Made by a program: the position numbers and the translations under genes. Positions 54,101 through 64,000 of a stretch of 64,000 nucleotides of DNA are shown piece by piece. Below the pieces are notes generated by a model, which was given only the letters and a program-made list of their open reading frames with translations, searched no databases and was not told the DNA's origin. Position 1 is the first letter of the stretch. Each line of letters starts with the position of its first letter. Source of the stretch: Trichoplax adhaerens (Eukaryota; Animalia; Placozoa). The stretch covers positions 11,532,878-11,596,877 of the forward strand of contig NW_002060943.1 of assembly GCF_000150275.1 (NCBI RefSeq), written 5' to 3'.

Positions 54101-55320
54101 ATGATGATATATGATTTAACCCTCCAAGTTTCAATTAATGCTAATGACTTGATAGCTGTATTTAAAATAATATGTACTGCGTAACATTTCCAACTTAAAG
54201 AAAGATTTTACCATCATTATAAACTTTTTATTTATTATAAAGCATCATGATTATCTGGCAGTGAATAATTTAGTCAAAATATTCAAAATATTTCTTTGGA
54301 AAAGCTGATATAGCTGGGCGCTATCATATCATGACAGAATAAATCTTTTACTGCCCATTAGCACTTGTACGTACAGCTTAAAAATGCATAATGTAGTTGT
54401 CAGGAAAATAAACTGTAGTTAAAAAAGAAGGTTTAGAAGTGCAATATGCTTCTACGGTATAACGTAGATAGCAGCAGTACCGGTAGTGAATGCGGATATT
54501 TAAGTTAGAATCGAAAATTAAAAAAAAATAATGATATGACTGAGTATTCATGCAATAAATGAAAATCTATATGTTATGTTACACATCGTTAAAAAAGGCA
54601 TACCGCAAGAATAGTAAACTATGGATTAGAAAATTATAAAAGCACAATGAACTTCTTTAGGATAAAGTCGATGCATGCCGTAGATGAAATCGCAGCAAAT
54701 AATTATTTTACACGCTATCGTATATATCGTGCTGTGTTTATATTTATATGCATGCATATGACAACGCATTACCATGGTCTTAATATGTCGTTATATTATA
54801 CAGATACATTGCTTATACTAATACTTGATTCGCTATCGAAGGTTTATCAAGGGATATACACAGAAGAATATTACTGGACCTATACAGTACAGGAATTTGT
54901 GACAAGTGAAATTCTATTATAATTTTATAAATTTATGAATTTATGAAACTTTTAGTAATCCGCCTAGGTCGCAATTTTCTATACGGAATTAATAAGCTTC
55001 AGTGACCTAAACTGAAGTTTACTGAATAATTATCCGGACTTTATATAGGTCTATTACAAAATATAGTCATTGTATGAGTTGAGCAGCCAGAATATTAAAT
55101 AAGTATATTTTGCATATTAGTAATAGAGAAAAAATTATTAATAAATATTCCAAATTTCATAATTAACTTATGTCAAACTTTACCGTAGTGAGGCGGCGGA
55201 TATTGGATTAAGAATTTTAGATATTCATTTACTTATGATTACGTTATGATTTTGGATATTACTATGCACACCAATATATTCGTTATTCTACTGTATGATT
55301 CTATAATTAATATACGGTTA

Positions 55321-55950
55321 CATTGCGCTCATAGACGGCATTCCTCAAAATGATGTTACTTCCCAATTCATAAAAAAAACAGCGAGTACTGTCAGAGTAG
55401 AAGTAATCAGCTTTTACGCATAAGTTCTATATTTTTACGTTGACTATTTAGCCAATCTCTTGTCTCCCATATTAGTCAAGACTACTTAACTTTAGTCGTT
55501 TTTATAGTGATATACAATGCTATGTAATTCATCCGCTATTCTACTATACCATCTTATATTAATTAATTAATATACAATGCACTTATAGAAAACAGTTGTA
55601 GAAATAGTTAGCCTTCATGCATAAATTCTACATTTTTACGTTGACTATTTAGTACATCTCTAGTCTTCTATGTTGGCCAAGACTACTTAACTTTAATCGT
55701 TTCAATACAATGCTGTGTCATCTATTTGCTATTCTACTTTACAATCCTATAATTAACATACATTGCACATATAGATGGCTTTCCTTCAAATGACATTTCT
55801 CAATTAATTAATAAGGATGGCATGTGATTGCTGTCAGATTAGAAGTAATCAGCTTTCACGCATAAGTTCTATATTTTTACTCTGACTTTCTAGTCTATCA
55901 GACTCAATCTCTTGTCTTTCATGTTAGTTAAGATTACTTACCTTCAGTTA
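55321..55950. repeat. Degenerate tandem repeat with three copies of a shared core
   Basis: The core gcataa(g/a)ttcta(t/c)atttttac(g/t)(t/c)tgact...tctct(t/a)gtct...aaga(c/t)tactta recurs at about 55418, 55619 and 55860. The leader cattgc..atagayggc.ttcct..aaatga recurs at 55321 and 55761. Confidence 0.8.
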
Positions 55951-57700
55951 TACACAACACTGTGATGGTATGTATTCACAAGATATATAATGCTATCTAT
56001 CATCATAACACCGTGAAATACTCTATACCGTTAACCAGGCAACAGGGTTGTGTTTGTTTGTGTATCAGGAATTCTGACTGAATCATTCTTACTATATTCT
56101 AACATTTTTCGTATGTTTCTATAAGTAAATGAATGATTGTCTAGTCCGCTAATTATGTCCAGTACTACTTAAAAATTTAATTAGAATATACAGTATATGT
56201 ATAATATATGATGCAACAGACGTACGGTATGCGTGGACTGGCAATAAAACAGTACGGTACTGGAGTATCGATAACGTTTACTTCACAGTTGCGATAGCAA
56301 ACAACATTAGAAAAGAAAGAAATCTTTAATCTACTTGCAGCGCCATTCTAGATCCGATATTTATCACGGAATATCATAGGGAAGATTTTACCATCCGAAG
56401 AAAATAAGCTACAAAGTGGTTAGAAAGTTAAAATATTATTCAATGGAACAGTTGATTATAGTTATGATAATCTAGATAGCGTGAAGGTAAAATAAGTAAA
56501 AACATTAACGGCGGTAAATTATCGGTGTTCATAGATAAGTCATAAGTCATTTTCTCGGTGTTCTCTAGCAATATCTATAGTACTATCCTATCTAAATGAC
56601 AACCCAATGTGATCACTTTTTAATGACGCTGTACGAATTTTTTTGTAATAGTAAAATTGAGAATCTAATATCCATGTACACTACTGATGTTGGGATAAAT
56701 TGTGTTAAACTAGTGAAAATAAAGAAGAATAGAAAAGCAACGGATTAATGGTGAAATCGAAAAATTTTTGCGAAAAGAGGAGAAAAAATTGATTGGGCCA
56801 AGTTAAACTGAAACAAGCGGTATGTATATCGTGCAGAAAGTACCAGTATTTATAGTTATGATATCGTTAATCAGTGTCCAGCTCCACGAAGAAAGGTTCT
56901 TACTTCTATGGGATCGACAGTAATAGCAAAACTCGATGAGAGTAAACAGTAGAACTTACAAAGTAGCAAAGAAAATGAATTATCGGTTTTATCCGTAGAC
57001 AATTGTACTGTCATCAGACATGAGTGAAATAGTACAGTACTTTGATATCTTTATATTGTGATCGTCCAAATATTTTCATTTCCATTCCTATAGTATTAAA
57101 TCATTGAAAAGAAAACTCAGCCTATTCCCATTCTATACTACGGCGATACTGGACGACATCAGTAATACGATGCCGTAATAACAAAACGACAAGCCCAAAG
57201 TACTTTTTTTTTTAAATACCTTTTACTTGCTTAACTTACTAACAATAATAAAGTATTGATTGAAAAATTTATTAATTATTTACCCTCTCTGTAATAGGCT
57301 AAACCATAAATAACACATAAAATATACAAGATACATCAAGCAATTATTTATTATTATTAACAGTGAATACGCATTTTTAATAAACTTCTCAATAAAGTTA
57401 AAACGATCGATGGTGCAGCGATTTGGCTTACATTCATTTTATTAACGATCTTCTATTAAACGTGAATGATGTACCGCTATAATTAAATTAAAATTGATCC
57501 ATTATTCATCCAAAAGTGATTAAGAACTCGAAGTCGATCGTATTTGATAGACATAGGAAGCTGGTTTTCAAACAGGATAGAAAATAGCTCATCCCTAATC
57601 TACTTGAAGTAAAGGCGATAAAGAATTTATAAAAGTTATAGAATCCTGTTTAGTTCGCCCATGCTATCTTGATATATTTTAAATTGAATGTTGAAGAGTG

Positions 57701-60700
57701 ATGGCGACAACTCTCGCAATTCGTGGAGAATATGCTCCTCTAATTAATGATTATAAAGCGGAATTCTTTTGGCGACGTTTTGTAAGGACAATTTTAGGTG
57801 GACCGAATGTTTATCTTCATTTTAAAGCACCACGATATATTTATTTCTTTCAAATTTTATTATTATTTGTACCCTGGATACTTGGTGGCATTTTTACAAT
57901 CTTTGTTGAACTTATTCCATCCTCTATTAACATACCATCATTGTATTATGCTATAATCTACGGAGGCATTATTACCGCTTATAGTTTTATATTACACTAC
58001 ATATCTTACATATTTAGCCGAAAAGTAAACGTAATTGGCTCTTTCAATCAAAATGTTCATTCCGAAGAGTTAGAAATGGAATTTACTTCATGCTGTAATC
58101 CATCTACTTGGTATTTCATCTTTGGTAATAAAAAGCATATTTATAATATAATATTGCATCCAATATGTGCTGGAGGTTTATGTGCCCTTATTTATTATTA
58201 TCTTCTACCATCGAATATTATTACCTTATTTTCGGCGTCATCAGCGTGGGTTCCTATTTATACCATGGGTTGGATTTCATTATCCATTGCTCAATACTCA
58301 CTAATTGTAACTTGCCCACCAGAGCCAGCAGTTTATCGTACATCACAAGTAGAAGAACTTGAACCGTATCGAAGACCATTCTATCTCGCCGCAATTGCGA
58401 TTTTTAGTTTAGCGACTAGGTATTGTTATACAGAGTACACTGAATTTCTAATTTAAATGCTTAAACTTTTACATTGTGTAGAACTTTTATTTAATTTGTT
58501 GATATTATTTTTATTTGAGTTCTAATCAGTTCGTCACTGCATTTCTTCAATCAGTCGAACAAAATTTAATATAATACAAAACTGCAATGGTGCTAAAAAT
58601 GTCACATTATACAGAACTATAATGCTTCCGATATGATAGTTTTAAAAAGATCTAGTATATCCTCTTAATATGATGATTGAATTGACATTATTTCATAATT
58701 TTTAAATCAGTCTACTCCAATGAATACAAAAATAATACGAATCCTGCTTTGATTTATTATTTCTTCCTTTATTCTATATTCACAAGTTACAACATTTTCT
58801 CATTAAGGTCTTCAATATTCGCATTAATTCAAATTTCTTAGTTAAGAGTACATATTAAAGTTGGAGCTGATCTAAGATAGAAAGTTACGATATCCTAGTC
58901 AGCAGAAACCAACTATTTTGCTGGCTATTTTACCGTATTGGAAGACAGAAACCGTATAATGTAACGTGCGTAAGTAACATTTTTTGGTACTCCGGAACGC
59001 ACCTGTGAATGGTATAGCATACGGTTACAAATGTACGGCACAGTTAAAATGATCAGTAAAATAGTTATTCTCTACATTTTTGGCCATGAACAGTCATTGC
59101 TAGCTCCTTTCTTTCTTTCTTTAGTTTAATGTTTCACTCGAAAATTGTGTAATACCAAATTGGGTCAGATTTAACGCACAATTAAGGAAAACAATTTTAT
59201 CAACTTACCATCATAGTATGGAATAAGTGATTTCGAGTCAAACTACGTAATGATGGTCTAGTGAAAATTTTACTAAATATACATTATTCTTGGAAATAGT
59301 AAGTATAAATGATATAACTATCCTTTTGTAGCTAGAAAATGTTAAGTAGTACAATGTGGATCGCCTATCAAACCTGAATCTTCCATAAAACAGTAAAAAT
59401 ACAACCTATAAAGCAAAATTAAGTTGATATTTTCTATTGTTTATAAATTTTACAATGGTTCTGTATTGTGATTAAAACGTGAAGAGGTAGGGCCATTTTC
59501 TTCTAAAGATACACAGTATTAATCGAGGATTTAATACAAGAGTTAAAAAATTGCTGTACTCAAAGCAAAGCACTATTTTAAAAAATCCATTATTTTATCT
59601 TTATCTTCAATAATAAAATAAGAATATAATTATTTTCTTCATCAATTGTTTAGTAAATATTCATAAACGTCGTTGCTTCCTTACAGTGATTTTTCAAGTT
59701 CCTCATACAATCACATAACTACAGTGTAGTAGCATAGTTGTTTTTTATGATTTTTTTATGTGTCCAATATTGCTATTAAACCACGGTATAACATAAAGAT
59801 CAGTCGTGTTTTTCTTTCCAATCGTTATTAATATGTTTTTTATTGTGCAGTATACTACATATAACATGATATGCATTTCTTACGTCAATAAGATTGCTAA
59901 AGAAATAGTAATTAATATTCGTAATTGATATTTTTATAGTACAAATCCGAGCTTCGCACTGGTTCGAACAGTCTTATACATAGTCTGCTGTTGCTTACCT
60001 TTGTTATGGTCGTTGGGTATTTTGTCGCCATTGGATGCTTTACTACCGTGGTTAGGAGAACAATTATTAATTATCATGTATGGTGGATCTCCTATGGCTA
60101 ACGATATTAGGTATGAAAAATACTGTATACGCCTATTATTTAGCATTCATTGCTATTCTCTTATTACGGTCAAATTTTCAGCGACAAAGGATAATTTAAC
60201 CTAACACTAACGCAAACTATTGACTTAGAATAGAGAGCTGTAGCATATCTCCTATAGTCGGATTTTTGACTGAATTTTAGAATAATTCTACAGTAGTACG
60301 TATAATCAATACTGCAGATTTAGCTTTGTAAAAGACAGGAATATGCAATTTAATGAATTACAAAAATTATAAACAATATGATAATGCTTTAAATTATCTA
60401 ATAAAAGTAATATCATTTCATCAATTACACATCGCGGTTATGCTGGTATGATAGGAATTGTTAAAGTATAGGCCTGACGTTAACGTCATCACATAGATTT
60501 GGGTTATAGTACATGAATCAATACATTTTCCCGAATGCTAATATTGGCGATAATCTTTCAATATGTCATAATTGTCTGAGAAGTATTAGTGACAAAGATA
60601 AATCTATTATCGAAAAGGGAATTTTCTGTACAATAAACAATTAAAGATGTAATTAATACCATATATTAATTTATCTCTAGGTTATTGATACAAGTTGTCT

Positions 60701-63700
60701 TTGCTACCTGCATCTTCTTACCAACATGCTTTATTTCGGCGCCAATCTTTACCATTATTTATTCTGCTTGCTTTGGATATCTGTTGAGCATTGATCTATG
60801 CGGGTTAGCTCTTCCATTTTACTCTAAAATAAGAAAGAAAACCAAGCATAATCCGCTGAAATCACCGCTAATTTCATGTCAGTCCTCTAGCGTTTCCACA
60901 ATGGGATGGAAGCTGGGGACAGCTGATTATATTATTCACGTCGTCATGTTAGTTCTTGTTACTAGCATCGCAACGGCTACATCAATAATATCCATAAATT
61001 CTATCATCACTGCGGCTACAAAAACCATAATTAATTCTGTATTAATGTATACTTTAATTGCCTTATTAATACTGATTAAAATAACCGGAGACCTTCAAGG
61101 CGTTTATTTATTTTGGGGTTTACTGCCAAATCCATTTTATCCTCGCTCAGCGGATACTAAAGAAAAATTTCTGAAAAGAAAGAAACAAATGAAATTTTTG
61201 GGCATACTCTATCGTGTCCTTTTACTTATAGGTATAAAATACTGCAGGATGGCATTAATATTTGACTATTACTGCCAAGGAGATGAAACTTTGAATGAAA
61301 ACTATTGCTAACACAAAACTGAAATATTTTAACTTTCAAAATTAATTTCTAATTTGTTATAGTTGCTCCGCTTCTAATGCTCGCATACCTTGGTTTAAAT
61401 TTGAATGTAACCGCCGGAACAAATACTCTATCATTATTTGTGTTTGGCTTAGGAACTGTTCGAGCTACACGATGGGTAAGATCTTTAAACAGCGATAGCA
61501 GTTGTTGTAGCTGAATTAATTTGATTTTTACTATTGCTATACTTTATTTATCTTTCGCCATTGTTACATTTACTGACAATTCAGCTTGGACTTGGTATAC
61601 TTCATTTACAGTAATGCAATCTATCTGATTAAAATGTAATTTATGTTATGTATCAATAATTATTCCATTTAGGACATTGTATAAAGGTCTGACTTATTGC
61701 AATACTCGTATCAATAAATAATCACCTAAATTTTTGTTACTTTCAGGTTTGGCAAAGTACTATACATGCCCTGTTCGAAATGTCAGTTGTCTTTCTCATT
61801 ACACTAATTTTACCAAGTAACAGCACGTGGATTAATTTTGGTCTAGGTTTACAACTTTTCATCGTAGCCGTAGCTCGAAATCGATTGCAACTTCTAGTAG
61901 GTAATCTGTATATGGCGACATTACTAAGCGTAACAAGTTACACCATTAAAAAGCAAAGAGCAAGATGGACGGTCCCGTTGTTGGTTGTACTTCTTCTTAC
62001 CCTACCCATTTCTGTAGCCATGATTTTATTAGCATCAACGCTATCAGCACCATTATTACCACTTTTTACCGCCCCAATATTCTTAGTAGGATTTCCACGT
62101 CCAAGGCGTATTTGGCCCAACGGTGATAACGATGCAGCATCTCGATGCCAGGATGCAGTCTACTATCAGCAATTATTGCCCGTATTATCATCTGCTTTAA
62201 GTAAGATGATAGGTAATGGTGTACTAAGAGAACCTTCTCCAGGTTCACAGTATCTTTTACGTTTTCAAGACAGACTAATATGGGTAGTTGTCCTGGAACG
62301 TGGCTATGGCTATTGCAATCTTAATATTAAAGGCTTAGAGATGCAGGAAACGTCATGTCATACAGTTGAAGCTGCTAGAATTGATGATATTTTCCAGCTA
62401 ACATTTGAACGAGGAGAACGAGGACAGTTCTGCCAATTGAATCGTTACTTTTTTAACATATTGCAACCTGTCGATGCTACATACCTTAAAACCTATTCAG
62501 ATGCACGTAGCGTCTTGACTGGTATTCTTGACTCACCGGATAATATCAAACTATTGACATCATCATTTGCAAATACTTTAATTTGGACTCTTGGGCAGCA
62601 TTTAATCATTCCTCATTTGCGCCAGATATTATGCAAAAGTGATCCCAATGCAAAACAAAAACAAAATAAATCAAGCCTTGATCAGCCGGCGATACCGAAA
62701 GCTGAAGTAAGAAACCAACGAAATAGTATTGAAAAGGATACTGTGTCTACCATTCCTGCACCTGGTAGTAGAATGCTAATTAAGCGTAATAAAGATGAGG
62801 AAGACTACGGCAAGGAGAGGCACGACCGCTCATCAGTTGCTTCAGAAGTTTTACACGATAGATCAAGGAAGAAATCAGTTAGTGATAGTATCTGGTCCGC
62901 AGATGATCACGATTCATTATTTGGAAGTGATGATGATGCTAGAGAACGTAGTAATGGATTAGCTTCGCAACGTAAGAGCAAAGGCGCAGCGTTTCCGAGA
63001 GACGATAGTTTCCTCTCTGCAGCTAATTCAGTTGTTAACCATGGCGATGAAGACAACTTTATTTTTGGTAGCCCTGCAGTCGACGTAAATAAAAAGAGAG
63101 CTAGTAAGGGTACAACCGGTGCTGAAGGTGATAGTATCTTCTCCATGCCTAATTCTGTTAGAACAGACAGTCAATGTGATCAAGATCAAATTATTTATGC
63201 TGGACCTGCGGTAGATATTAATTGTAAGAAACAGTCTATACCGACAATGAATTATAGCAGTTTATCGGGTTATGCCTTGAAAGAGGAACCGTTATCTCTA
63301 ACTGAAAGTTGCGATATGGATCATAATTTTAGTCGTGTTAATTTACTTTACTTAAGTAAGAAGTATAATATTGAGTTACCACCAAGATGGAATGATTTAC
63401 CTATTGACGCAGATTTCTTAGACGACTTAATTAAGCGTTATTTCCGTCAAGATTGGTTTCAACACGTACTAAATCGTTTAGCGGAATCAAGCGATGACGA
63501 TAAGGAAAGGGAAAAAATTAAAGCTTTGGCTACAGATCAAGAGGCCGTTCGGATCTTCGCTGAAATTATTATGTTATGCTACGCTGCGGTTGACGTCTTT
63601 GGAGTTCCAGGCGGTAATGCTGAAGTTGCTAGTATCGAACATATTTATCGATCCTATCAGGGAAATATTTCCCCATCATCGCAACTCAGTTGGTTATCGG

Positions 63701-63740
63701 AAAACAAGGCCTTACAAAATGCTATCATTTCCGCTTACAG
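57701..63740 (+). CDS. PCNX4: Pecanex-like protein 4 (multi-exon, continues beyond the window)
   Basis: PLINDYKAEFFWRRFVRTILGGP...APRYIYFFQILL..PWILGG, SIAQYSL...PPEPA, LPLLWSLGILSPLDAL..WLGEQ....YGGSPMA, APLLPLFTAPIFLVGFPRP, DAVYYQQ, RFQDRLIWV.VLERG, KGLEMQETSCHTVEAARID. Confidence 0.95.
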
Positions 63741-64000
63741 GTATTACTTTATACTCATATTTTATATCGGACCATACTAAAAATCGGGTAGATGCATCAG
63801 TTTATCATTTCCTGTAAAACGTTACAATTCAATGTCATAAAGCTTTCTTACGAAGATGCATCCGATGATAGCACCTCTAGTTATTTCAATTTCATCCATT
63901 CTTTATGCTTATCGGTGTACTTCGGAATTTGATCGTCATAAAGCACGAATTTTGTATGGATAAAACTTATACTGAACCCGAATTTTTTAATTTTATGTCT

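Noticed and set aside
1-64000. CRISPR arrays, rRNA, tRNA, transposase or reverse-transcriptase genes
   Set aside because: None recognised by eye. The repeats seen lack repeat-spacer regularity. Small ncRNAs cannot be excluded without tRNAscan-SE or Infernal.

Overview
AT-rich eukaryotic genomic DNA with compact, intron-rich animal genes. Gene style and composition suggest a placozoan such as Trichoplax, which is an inference. Gene order: FoxG (+, 5'-truncated, 1-951); about 10.8 kb of mostly non-coding DNA; RALGAPA (-); intronless TATDN1 (+); COA4 (-); DDX28 (-); BABAM2/BRE (+); GDPGP1 (-); MED17 (+); a 255-aa predicted myristoylated protein with two tandem muconolactone-isomerase-like domains (-); and PCNX4 (+, runs off the window). 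Gene models were spliced by eye and identified from remembered homolog sequences; no database search was run. The most unusual object is at 9172-10586. Two inverted repeats of about 68 bp bracket a nested 291-bp MITE-like insert, a forkhead-less copy of the FoxG C-terminal region that shows signs of protein-level selection, and two long hairpins. Other notable signals are dense TACAG/CTGTA/GTAC motif clusters at housekeeping promoters, a telomere-like G-quadruplex tract in the DDX28/BABAM2 promoter, a canonical U12-type intron in RALGAPA, and nested palindromes in MED17 intron 1.
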